Shown in pieces: positions 1 through 11,484 of a DNA stretch of 64,000 bases; positions within the stretch are counted from its first letter, which is position 1; every line of letters begins with the position of its first letter. Source of the stretch: Paraspadella gotoi (taxonomy: Eukaryota; Animalia; Chaetognatha). The DNA is taken from assembly GCA_051294375.1 (NCBI GenBank), contig CM119271.1, positions 14,824,770 to 14,888,769 of the forward strand, given 5' to 3'. The notes beneath the pieces are model-generated. The model had not been told where the DNA came from, searched no databases, and worked only from the letters and a program-made list of their open reading frames with translations. The translations under genes were made by a program, and so were the position numbers.

Positions 1-207
1 GCGTCCGCGCGAGTAGAACCAGTCGGATCGCTTCCGGTTGGAGCGATAGTCGAGGCACTTGGTCGCCAAGACGCTTTGCACGTTGGCCGGGTTGGGGGCG
101 ATGAGGCCGCCGAGGAGGAAGCAGGTCAGTTGGACCAAGAGGAGGAAGAAGGCGAGAACGGAGAGCTTACGCGTAGAGAGATTCTCCAAAACTGTTCCGA
201 AGGCCAT
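1..207 (-). CDS. WLS: Wntless (Wnt secretion receptor), N-terminal exon; continues beyond the window start
   Basis: Not in the ORF track. Manual translation from ATG at 207 gives MAFGTVLENLSTRKLSVLAFFLLLVQLTCFLLGGLIAPNPANVQSVLATKCLD...WF, matching the Wntless N-terminus (IENMSTKKL...FLVGGLIAP...KC.D). Confidence 0.93.
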   Translation of the reverse strand, partial: MAFGTVLENLSTRKLSVLAFFLLLVQLTCFLLGGLIAPNPANVQSVLATKCLDYRSNRKRSDWFYSRGR

Positions 208-1263
208 AGCGGAAAATTTGTTGTTTCTTTTTAGTCTTTTGTTTAAGGCAAAGAATTAAAACAAAAAAGTTGTAAAAATCGAAGGCAGGGATGTGTAAGG
301 ACTAGTAAATAAAGTTAAAACAATTTCTATTTAGAAATATGACCCCAAAAGACATAAAATAAACAAAACGAAGTGATTTGTGAGCGTTTTTCAACAGATG
401 AAAAACCCCTTAAAGTATAAGTTTATTACGAGATGAACTATTAAGTTGTCATACTTTAGATATAAGGAAGGAACTTTTGATACAACCAAGAAGTTGAGTT
501 CATCAATCTCATTTGCATATTGTCGTATTGACATTGACTTGTCATAAATTCTGTTCCTGTGTCATTTCATGTTCTCATTTCACGAATTCACTTTTGTCAT
601 TAGTGTAGCTATTGATGATAGTAATTGATTAGAGAGTTTGGGACATTTATTAATAATAATTATCAATTAAACTAAATTATAAATATTCTTATTGGAACCC
701 ACTCTTAGGTATTTCAATTATAGTTTAAAGCTTCAGGATGAATTCTATGCTTTGACTTGGAACAGAGTTGGCTTCCAATATGGCAGTCCCATCCTCTCTG
801 GTCTTAGTTCTTACTTATTGGGTTAGGAATTATGTTAGAAGCATTATATATATGTTTATTAATAAAGACTCTTTCTTTCCTCCATAGGGTATCTATGCTT
901 ATGACTTTACTTCCCTTAAGCTAGCTATATGCTTCAAGCATTCTACTACTGAACCACAGCAAGTTAGCATCTCTTATTTACAAGTTAATTGGTATGTTTA
1001 TTGGGAATACTACTAGAGCTAAGTTTACTGTTATTTTAGGACCAAATAGCTCGCTTACATAGATACAGTGATCCTGCATAAAAAAAAGGGAAAATAAATA
1101 AATGAATCAAATGTCATCGACGTAGACGACGACGACTTGAAAATTGATCAAGACGGTAAATTAGAAAATGGAGAATATCTCAATAAGAAAATATTCGAAT
1201 ATCTTTGAAAATAAGTCAATTGGATGTAGTAATAAAACTCTCGAAACGCGACGTCAACCCGCG

Positions 1264-4200
1264 TCACCATTCCGAGCTGAAGACTTTCTCGACGCTGCGG
1301 CGGAAACCCGAACTGAGGATGGCGCGACAAAGGATCTCGTTGAAGCGGCGCTCTCCGATTCCCAAGAGCGCCGGTTTAGGGGAAACTTGGACGTTTGCGG
1401 CCTTTGCTCGATCGAACGGTTCGTCAGCGACGCGAGGAGTTGGTTCTTCGCCTTTCGTCTCATCGATCGTCTCGTTCGCGCCTTCGATCCGATTCCTTCT
1501 CTCCTTTTCTTTCGTCTGAAAATCACTCAAAATCTCGACGTCGCTCAAATCGTCGACGTCGTAGTTTTTCTCTTTGTCTTCATTAAGTTTGTCAGCATCA
1601 GAGTCTTTATCGCAGTCGTCAATGATCTCTCGCACATTCTTCGCCAATTTTTCGTCGTCTTCATCCATGCTCTCTGGGCCTTCTTTCTTTTTCTCAATGC
1701 CATCTCCCTCGCCATCTCCCATTGCCTCCTCCCCATCATCCGACCACAAATCGTCGAGGCTTTCCAATCGCGAAGCCCCCTTCTTCTCCACGCTCGATCC
1801 TCTTTTCGCATAAAACTGTGGATCCTTCAACAACGGCTTCTCCATCAGACTGCGGATGCTGTCTTCGGTGAGAAGGGGACTGTAGATGACGGCTTTTCCT
1901 TTGTCGATGTCCTTTTGTTTGGGATCGATCTTCAAACTCAGCTCTCGATCTATGTCGACGTCGTTCGGAATTTCATCGTCGTCGTCGTCGTCGAATAAAT
2001 CCTGACTCGCTTCATTCATCTTTTCCCCGCGAACAGAAAACGACAATCGGCGAGTCTTCATCGGCGGCCTAACCGGATCTCGTCGGAAACCGCCGATGGC
2101 CGAGTCCAAGGACGGCGTCCGGCTTAGTTTTCGATTCGGCTTCCGGCTCGGCCTCTCGCTTTGCCGATATTCGACCGAGAGATCCGTGACTGCCGCCGAT
2201 CTCCGAACGCCCGGCCGGAAATTCTCGGTCGTTTCGCTGAGCAGCGGGCTGAAGTCTCGAGCCGGAGAGGCCTGAGGAAGAGCCGGAGATTTTTCGATTT
2301 GACGGAAAGGATGTTTGATGATGGAGGGAATGAAACGAGGGACGGGAGGTGCGGGAAGAAAGGGTGCAACAGGTGCAACGGAAGGGGCATCTGTCGAGTA
2401 AGTCGGTTGGTCGTAGTCAAGCCCTCCAATGTCGACGCGATTCCCAAACAAACTCTTTCCACTTTTCTGACTCAAGAATTTGAAGCCATTCGACAGAGAT
2501 TCCAAATCTCGCGACGAATCATCAACGCTGACGGATCTTTGGGACGGACGAGCGGAGGTGACCAACTCGAGGCTCCTCTTAACTTGGCGGCGAATGGCGG
2601 GGCTGCAGCCGGGAAAAGATGAGCGCCGAATCAACGTCACCGAGGTTGAAGGTTGTTGTCGTTGTAGTTGTGGAGCGGATTCTGAGTTTTGAGGCGATTC
2701 TGGTCGATCAGAGTCGGGCCTTGAGGCGACGGAATCAAAGGTCTTTGATCCTTGTTCATTAGTTGCAAGAGCAGCAATTGAATTCTCTTGATGTATTTTA
2801 TTTTTTTCAATCATAAAACCTTTTGTACTTTCTTCCTCAAATTGACGCGATGGAAGTGTGGACATTGTCTTGGTCGATTGAGCGTCCGTAAATGAATTAG
2901 ACATTCTGCGAGGCTCCGGCGGTTTTGCCACTTCAGGCTCTTTTCTTGCCTCTAACTCATTGTCGACCTCCGGCTCATTTACAGCAGCCATGGCTTCATT
3001 AAACGCAGTCAACTTTGATTCACCTAAAGCCGTTAAACCCTGACGCCTCTGATCCTTTTCCTCAAAAGAGCTCTCTCTGGATAAGACGTTTTTAATCTCA
3101 TTGATTTTCTGTTTGAGAGACATTCGTTTGGTTAAGATTTCCTCAATTCGTTGATCATCAATGAGATGATCCCCGCGTTGATCTTCAACGCGCTCATCTG
3201 TTTCATTCAAGGTCTCGCATCGAGCGCGATTGGGCGATGCAGGTGGAATAAGTCGTTGCTGCTCATTTGGTTGTAAAGCGGACAACAACGATTGCTGAGA
3301 AAGTGCATTTTGCCGGGATGGACTCTTCGCTGAATTTTGCGGTTGCTGCTGTTTTTGGTTATCAAACTGATTAATCGACAACTGGGTTTGATTCTGTTGC
3401 ATAGACTGCGATCCGGTTGCCGCTCTTTGTGAGTCCCACGGCATCGCCTCGGAAGCTCGTGGCGCCTGTTGGAGATGATGCGGTGCCTCCTCAGCTGCTT
3501 CGGGCGCCGCCTGCGAAGAGAGCAACTCATCGAGCAGCACTCTCCGCTTTTCTCTTTCGACCTCGAGCTTCTCTGCGATGCGTCGCGGATCCCGTGCTTC
3601 TTGCAGCGACCGGAGATTCTCTCCGATCTCCCGAGCGTGTCTCGCTGCCTCCGACTCATCGTGGGCAAAAGAAGGGCAGCACTGGCGGACGATCCTTTGT
3701 GGCGCGCGCGGAGGAAGAAATGAGTTGGAGCAAGAGGCATGCGGCTGGGGAGTGGATCGATTAATTACAAAGGTAAAATCCCTAAAAATAACATGTCATA
3801 ATCGTTCCCGTAATCGATTACCCTGTAGTCTTGGGAGTGTTGATAAGAAGGATGCATCGTCTCGTCAAAACCTTGACTGAACATCTCTTCCCCGTCGAAC
3901 TGCGACTGAGAACAGCAATGACTCTGCGCGTTGAAGGAGGCCGAACGCTTCGTCGTCTTAGGAGGAGCTTTCTTTTTACTTGCGCAAGCTTTCTTTCCTT
4001 TCTGACAAGATTGAAAGAGAAAAGGCTGCAAAGGTGGTTGCTGCAAATATTGCTGTTGCGCAAATTGAGGAATTTGTCCGGTGGACGCGAAATTAAAGGC
4101 GGACTGCTGCAGAGGAAGTCGCACGGACGGCGCCTGAAAAACTTGTTGTATCGGAGGTGGTTGAAAAGCTTGCAGTACTTGAGGCGCGGGCGGCAGGGAT

Positions 4201-5083
4201 TGTTGCAGCACCGGTTCTTGATGCGACATTGAATGATTCTGAGCTGAAGGCGTCGGGCCAACTGCGTCATGATTGATAATTCGATGACCATAAAGTTTAT
4301 TTGAATCATTAAAGCTTGAGGTAGCGAGAGAGGAAGACGAATCCACAGCAAATGGTCTTTGCGAAGGAAGATTCTAAAAATATTAATAATATATTAATAT
4401 AATTTAAACTTTAAAAAAACTTTAAAAAAAAAGAAATCTTCTCGTCGCTCTCGACGCATACCCTTTCTGGCGCCGCCCCAACGTCAACGGCAGAACCGGG
4501 ATTTTCCGGCCGCGCTTCTCGATTTCCCGGCGGCGGATTCGACTCGGCGATCATGCCCAGTCGGCCGAGATGCCCGACGAAATCGGCGCGGGCGGCGGCG
4601 GCGTCGGCGCCGCCTAGCGGAATGGAGTCGAACTGAAACTTAAGGCGGAAGAGGGAATTGGAGCGAGGAAGGAGGACGGAGAGGAGGAGGGAAGAACCTG
4701 GGAGGAGGAAGAGTAATATAATATTTTTTTGAAATGATAATAGTACAAAACTTTGTTCAAATTCTTTTTTTTTGCCTCAAACCTTGACTCACCGAAAACT
4801 CCTTTCACCTCTCCCCGATTGGGATGTCGCAGCCAAAAGCTGACGATTTCTTTGTCGCCGTTGACGACTTTGATCCAACCCACGTCGACGATCACTTGGA
4901 GGCCTGAGCCTTCAGGGTCAGGATCGTAAAATCTGGAAGAGGAGGATCGATTGTGATAGAATGTGCGATTGTAATTTAATTGTGATAGGGAGACCAATTA
5001 GGTCCAACAAACCTCCAATGGATTTCACCGACGGGTCTGTCCAATCTTTGGGAGTGGATGGCGAATTTCGAGAGCGCGAACAT
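1264..5083 (-). CDS. REC114: REC114-like meiotic double-strand-break factor, ~1159 aa, 5 exons (5083-5013, 4932-4793, 4697-4462, 4373-3822, 3744-1264)
   Basis: GT-AG phase-consistent splicing joins five exons. The N-terminal PH-like segment (FALSKFAIH; HWRFYDPDPEGSGLQVIV; WIKVVNGDKEIVSFWL; SSLLLSV; NSLFRLKFQ; ARADFVGHL) follows the order of the REC114 signature motifs. The C-terminal ILCRAILSSGFRRSVEKV resembles the REC114 terminal motif (L..CL.D.NF..FVE.VE). Confidence 0.72.
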
Positions 5084-5490
5084 CGCCGGAAAATGTCGTG
5101 GAATAATGTTTAACAAAGAGAGAGAGAGAGAGAGAGAGAGAGNNNNNNNNNNAGAGAGAGAAAGAGAGAGAGAAAAAGAGAGAGATAGAGAGAGAGATAA
5201 AAGCAAAGATTGTCTGCACTGTGACTAGAAAAAAGAAAAAAAATAAGACAAATAGGATATAATTTGGCTAAAAAATAACGATGTCACAATAAATAATCTT
5301 TAAAGATCACTTTTAAACTGAGAAACGGAGCAACTCCAATTGTATTGCCAAGATAAAAGTTAGTTCGTTCCCCTTCCGATCACCCGGATACGATCTGCCA
5401 GACGAGACCAATTCAAACAACCGTCGAACTCCATCGTCAGTTTGGGTTCGTCAGTAGAATCGTGTCAAACAACGCGTTCGCTTTCCATTT

Positions 5491-6330
5491 TCAATCCAAC
5501 TCTTTGGAGGATCTCACGTAAATGGGTTTTGCCATTTCCCTTTTCTTTCGTTGGACCTTGAAAGATCTGTTGTTCCCCAGCGTCGTGGGGAGGCCCATGG
5601 GTGGAAGGTTGATGGCGCGGGGATAAGGGTTCTTGTAGTGATCGGCCATCGCGACGCGGGCTTCGCACTCTCGAACGAGAAGCCTAATTTCTTCCGGGTC
5701 CGAGACATCGGCGTTCTTCACGGGGCGGAAAACAGGGACGTGTCATTTTTTAAAAAAATATTTGGAGCAACTACTATTGAGGGAAATTAATAAATGAAAT
5801 TGGCCAATGAATGAAGTTAACAGACTCTGGAATTTTGAAAAGAGTTTTCACTTTAACCTGACCTAAATCCTAAATTCGACTCCGGTATAGCTTGGTACTC
5901 GTTCACCAAAAGTGAGTTCCGGGTTTAATCCCCTCACAGTCACGCTGGTTAAAGTGTGAGATGGTGTCGGCAGAAACACGTAAGTGACATGGGGTGGTCA
6001 CTGCTGGTCCAAAGCCCTGAGCGCCAGCTGTCGGGAGAAGCCTCACACCACGTTGCTATAAACAACTATTTATCAATATATATCGATCTAATATCCATGG
6101 TAATATTCGTTAAACTGAAAACGAGTAACTCCGACCTTTGACTACAATTTTTAAAACTAAAAAAAAAGGACTCGTCCCTGTCGGAACTTGGTCCGCGTCT
6201 CTGTCTTGATGTAGAGACTTTCCTCCTTCGTTTGCGTCGCATCACTCGCTGTCCAGTTTTGCGCCAAACGTAGCGCCGTTTTGTAGGCGCTCAACACACG
6301 ACGCCGCAAATCGCCGGTCACTATAGACAT
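5491..6330 (-). CDS. LYRM1: LYR motif-containing protein 1, 2 exons
   Basis: RRRVLSAYKTALRLAQNW...YIKTETRTKFRQ plus NADVSD...ECEARVAMADHYKNPYPRAINLPPMGL...KPIYVRS match LYRM1 (HYKIPYPRPIHLPPMGL). An alternative ATG lies at 6351. Confidence 0.92.
5866..6060 (+). mobile_element. 5'-truncated copy of the tRNA-containing solo-LTR-like family (LYRM1 intron)
   Basis: Shares ctggttaaagtgtga.atggtgtcggca...catggggtggtcactgc.ggtccaaagccctgagcgccagctgtcgggaga and the terminal CGTTGCTATA with 36328-36592. Confidence 0.8.
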
Positions 6331-7119
6331 TGCACCATCTGAAGGTGCCATCCAAAGATGGAAAGAAAAAAAAACGGCAATAACGAATGTAGGTTTTATT
6401 AATTGGTTCACATATGCAATGTGGTTTTTTTTTTAACTAAATTTTTTTTTCGCGAAATACACTATTGAAAAAAAAATATCATATAACGTGAGAGCAATGT
6501 CCATTCGAAAGCTAAACCAATGTTGCAATTTTCAAAAAGCATAATAATAAACCTAAAAATCTAAAAGAAATTTGGAGAATAGTTATATATCAAAGATATG
6601 AATGATAGAGACGCACTCTTTTTTACGTCAGTGATAGCAAAGCGCTCAAGCTTCATTTCAACGATTTAACCCCAAAAGAGCGAATTACACTCTTGAAGTA
6701 TTTAAGCTATTGGGCAGAAAATACCTTATTATTTTCTTAAGCGAAAATGTCTTAGCAACCAATGCAAATTAATAAACGAGGCTAAAAATAAGATTCTTGA
6801 AGTCACCAACTTTCAACACAAAAAAGCGATAAGGTATTGAACAAAGGAAGTGGGATGTCATGCAGAGTGGATGTGTAACATATGAGAGAGTTCCCTAAAT
6901 AATTTCAAATTATTTAAAACTCAATGAGAATCCCCCATCGAAAAAAAACAAACAAAAAACAAAAACTACCTCGAACCATTTTTCCCGTATCTTTTAAAAA
7001 TAAGTGGCCACCACTCGGTTGGAGTTAGTGCGCCTAATAAATTCCATGACTCGCAAAGCCCGAAAACCGAGTCGTTTTCAGAGGCCATAACCAGAGACGA
7101 TCCTCTCCCCCTTAACTCT

Positions 7120-10100
7120 TCAGTTATGCGGCGCCCTCTTCCCGTTCATATATCCGATCCATCTCTCGGCCGTGTCGCCAAAGAACTTCTTGCTTTTCTC
7201 TCCCTCAACGATCCCGGCGACGACGAGGAGTTGATTCACGTGAGCGCTGTGATAGTCCCATCGGGCCAGATTCGGCGCCACGCCGGGCAAGTGGAGATGT
7301 CGCAGATCGTAGAGGGATCCGCTGCCCGTGTCGAACATGGGCAGCAGGCGCTCCAGGCTCTCCATTCCGGCGCGAAAGAGATCCTCGGCCTGGCAGGCGC
7401 CTCGCTCGTCACGAGGCGCTACGAGGGAGAGATCGTAGAGGCCGATCAGGGAATAGATGAAGCTGAGGGAAAAATGTGGGAATAGATGAAGCTGAGGGAA
7501 AAATGAGGGAATAGATGAAGCTGAGGGAAAAATGAGGGAATAGATGAAGCTGAGGGAAAAATGAGGGAATAAATGAAGCTGAGTGATAAATGAGGGAATA
7601 GATGAAGCTGAGGGGAAAAATGCCCCAAAATCAAAGTTTATTTCTTAAATATCAATCAACAACAAATCTTGCGTTCAAAGTAGTCGCGTAGTTCTCTCAC
7701 CATTTAGAATTAGGAACCTCATCTTGTAACACTTCTGACTTATAAAACCTATTATCATTCGGACAGACCACTGACCCGTTGAGAACGAAGAGAGGCGGCG
7801 AAGTCGGATACTCTTCGTACCAAGGAAATTTGTCGAAGAGTCTTGCCGCGACGCCGCCTTCCGCCGAAGGAAGGGTGAAAGGCTTGGCGGCCTTGACGGC
7901 GGCGCGGAGGTAATCGTGGTTGTTGGTGAGGCGAAAGGCTCGGGTGAGGATGGACATGGCCTGACCCTGACCCATGGCCGAGACCCAACCCGGCGGTATG
8001 GTGAGCAAACCAGAGGCCAGGCGCCGGGTCACGCCAATGGCCCAACCGCCAGTGTCCGCGTCCTGATTCCGGACGAACCAATCGGCGGCGGCGAAAAAAT
8101 GCGGAAGGTGCGCCTCCGTCTTTAGCGTCAAATTGTCAAGATAACCTTCGCCGTGGAGGGTGATGGCCAATAGCGTGACGCGTGGCGTCTTGGCCGCCCA
8201 CTTTCGACCCGGTTTGGTGAGCAAGAGACCTTTCTGAAGGTCGATGGCCAAATCGCGGGTGAGTTCGATCCATTTCCGGTTGGATCGATCGCCGAGTCCG
8301 TAGAGAAAGTGGCGCCCATCCGGCGTCGGCGTTAGCGGCGCCGAACATCCGCCCACGTAGTGCACCTGAAAGAGGCCACGCCCACGAGCCTCCAGGGTCA
8401 CCGAAATCGACGAGGAATTGCGGAGAAAGTGAAGATCCGCGCTAAGGGTCAGTTTGTGGGTGTGGCCGGGATGGAACCGGACGGCGACGCCGGTCTCCTC
8501 GCGCGACGCCAGCGCCGCGTGATCGTCGGAGAAAGCGGCGTCGGTTTGAAAGTGGAAAACGTTCGTCTCCAGCTCGGCGTCGTGGATCCTCGTGGCTTTG
8601 GCCTCGTCGCGCGGCAACGCCCACTTGGCCAAGTGGCCGCGGTCCTCGGCGTCTTCTATCATTTCCGAGGAGCTTGAACAAATTTGGGCTTTTCAAGTTG
8701 TCTGTCTCTCACTCTCTATCACTGTCTATCTGTCTCACCCGCTTAAAGAATCTCTATCACTTCGACGAAGCCATGAGAATCCAAGTCTGGATTCTCCTCC
8801 GCCGACGTCCTCGTCGTCGGCGACGGTGTTGGGATCGTCGTCGACGTCGCCGATTTTACGTTTGGCCTCTTTGGAGTAATGAGAGAGGCCGAACTGGGCG
8901 ATTTGTATCGGGTAGTAGTAGCCCTGCAAGAGAGAGAGGTATCAAAATGTTATGTAGGCTAATGACTCCGTATCTTTTTTGCCCCATTGGTAGCAATGAA
9001 ACGGGTCCTGGGCTTAGAAGCAGGCTTAGGGGTTTTGCCCCCTAAAGCTTCCCGCATGGTATGTACCATTTGGGATAGATCCCGTTCCCTAATGGTCATG
9101 AGCTGATGGCATTACTTAATGGCCCACCTGGTGACTGCTATAAGAGTCATGCTTATAGGGGCGTGGAACTTGTGCAATGCCCGACTACTAGTTTAGAAAC
9201 GGCCTTCAGAATCGGAAGATTTTCTTGTATGTGAGACATGTATGATGCCTAGGGTGTGAGGAATCTCCCAACAGCTGGCACTCAGGGCTCTGGACCTGCA
9301 GTGACCAGCCCTTGTCACTGGCATTTTTATGCAGACACCATCACACTTTAACCAGCGTGACCGTGAGGGGGTTAAACTCGGAACACATAGTTGGTGAACG
9401 AGTACTGAGCTGTCTAAACCAATGGGATGAGCTGAGTTTCACCAAGCTATACATGAGGCGAATTTAGGATTCGCCACACACTCTTCCTTCGATCACCTGT
9501 TGGCCCCACTGGGTTGAGATCGGGACTCCGTCCACGGCCGAGATACACTTAACTCGATCTCTCGCCTCCACCTTAAAGTTTTCAAAAGACATGAAGGGCC
9601 CTTCGAGGGAATAGGGCCCCGATGGGCGGAAGACCTGATGAAGAGAAGAAATGTAAATAGGATTCATTTTTTGCAGAGTAATGTTGATCAAATAAAAAAA
9701 ATATCTTTTAATCTCATTTGCATATTGTCGTGTTCAGATTAAATAAACAATGTATATTTTACGTAGACGGTTGTATAATAATATTTTTTTCCTTCAATCA
9801 TTAATCATGTTTAATAGAAATATGATGGTGAACGAAATCTTTGTCCATTTAATAACCAATTCAATGAAATTATATTATAGTGTATCCGGGCAATTCCGAA
9901 TGACGTTTATATTTCTGGCAAGCAGGTCACATTTTTACTATTTTACAATTTTAGTCGGTATAATTCTTTTATTTTTAAAAAATTCTTTTAAGAGTCACTG
10001 GTCTTCCCGAGCTCGTCTTTTTTGATGAATATGATCAATCTGTCACCAGCAACAAAGTAGACCTTCAAAATAAGAGACCGAAAAGAAAATGATAAAAGGA

Positions 10101-10574
10101 CCTCACCTTGGAATAGCTGTGAGACCAACGGAAGCGCATCTCGTCCTCGGCGAATTCGCCGTAGATGTCGAAATATTTGCGGACGAAGGAGAAAGGGACG
10201 AAAACCTCTCGACCTTCCTTGCGTCCTGTCAACATTATTAACAATATGTACTTAAATAATAAACCGTTAAGGATCAATTTCTGTTCCAAGCATCTTCATC
10301 ACAAAGAAGACCCACCCGACACGAGCGCCTGCCCGTCGTTGACGTCAACGTCGATATGTTCCGAGGCGCAGGACGCAGCGGCGCGACCTGCGGCTGCGGG
10401 CGTCCGATTGGCGCAGACGAGCGCCACCTCCGCCGCGGAGCAGCGAGCGGCCGACTGCCGCTGCGGCGGCTGCGACGACGAAGAAGAGTCGCGGCATCGC
10501 GTCACAAGAGTGAAACTGAGAAAGAAGGAAAAGGCGACGAGCGCGAAGAGAATCACGCGTAGATTCACACGCAT
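7120..10574 (-). CDS. GLCE: D-glucuronyl C5-epimerase (heparan sulfate), 6 exons
   Basis: N-terminal signal anchor, then [102 protein letters not shown] and NLARWDYH...[10 protein letters not shown]. Confidence 0.97.
7448..7622. repeat. Six tandem 29-bp units, each duplicating the GLCE last-exon splice acceptor
   Basis: Unit agggaatagatgaagctgagggaaaaatg; on the minus strand it reads tttttccctcAG|cttcatctattccct. Confidence 0.95.
9230..9478 (-). mobile_element. tRNA-containing solo-LTR-like element (GLCE intron)
   Basis: Reverse-complement copy of 36328-36592, beginning TGTGGCGAATCCTAAATTCGCCTC; its 3' terminus is degraded. Confidence 0.8.
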
Positions 10575-11484
10575 TTTGTGCGTGAGAGAGTTTGATTGCG
10601 CGTGAGAGATTTTAGGTACGTTTGATTATATTTTTTTAAAGAATAATGCCTAATCCAGATTGGTGGAGAACTCGCGTCGATGACTAGATTCAATAATCGT
10701 GGCGGGCGTCTCAATTGTTTTTTGGCTTTCAGCGATCGTCACTGGTTCCTCGCGCGCGGCGTCACGTCAAGATGCATAATAGGCGCGAGTTTTCAAAAAA
10801 GCGCAACGCAGTCAGCGTTAAGTTCAGAAGCGATCGTCCGTTGGAAAAATTTCATCGTAGGGATTTCTTTGGTTTTTACTTGTTAAGGGGGTTGACCGGT
10901 GGATAAGGAGGGGTCGGGAAGAGGGGAGCGAAAGGGAGGGGTCGGGAAGAGGGGAGCGAAATGGAAGGTACGCGTGAAATTGGGGAAACATGAAAACCGA
11001 TCGATGCAAAGAAAATGCAAATGGCATAAAGTGATAATGGTAACGATAAAAAAGTTATTACGGGCAGAGAACGAAATAACGCAGTAAGAATATTACAAAA
11101 ATAGCTAAATATATACGGAAATCCTCGTTTTACAAAGCAACCAATTTTTAAAAGAAAAAATGTCAAATTTGGGTCAACTACTTTCTGTATTTTTCTGGTA
11201 AAAAAAAGTCTCCGTGATATCTGTTACTATGATCCATAGACTATAAATCTAATTCGCATATTGTATTATTGTTATATAAGTTTTTAAGCCTTATTTGAGA
11301 TTTTGAAACAATTTATTCTACTGATAATTAAAGACAGAGAACATTAATCCCGAAAATCATTTGAATCAAATTATCTCACTAAATTAAGAGGACAAAAATT
11401 AAAATAAGTTTTTCTTAGTAATCCCCAAATTTGACATTTTTATCGTATTACTTGAAACAAGTTCAAGCCTGTCCCACCCTCCCC

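Noticed and set aside
7448-7622. CRISPR-like appearance of the 29-bp repeats
   Set aside because: There are no spacers; it is a head-to-tail tandem duplication in a eukaryotic intron.
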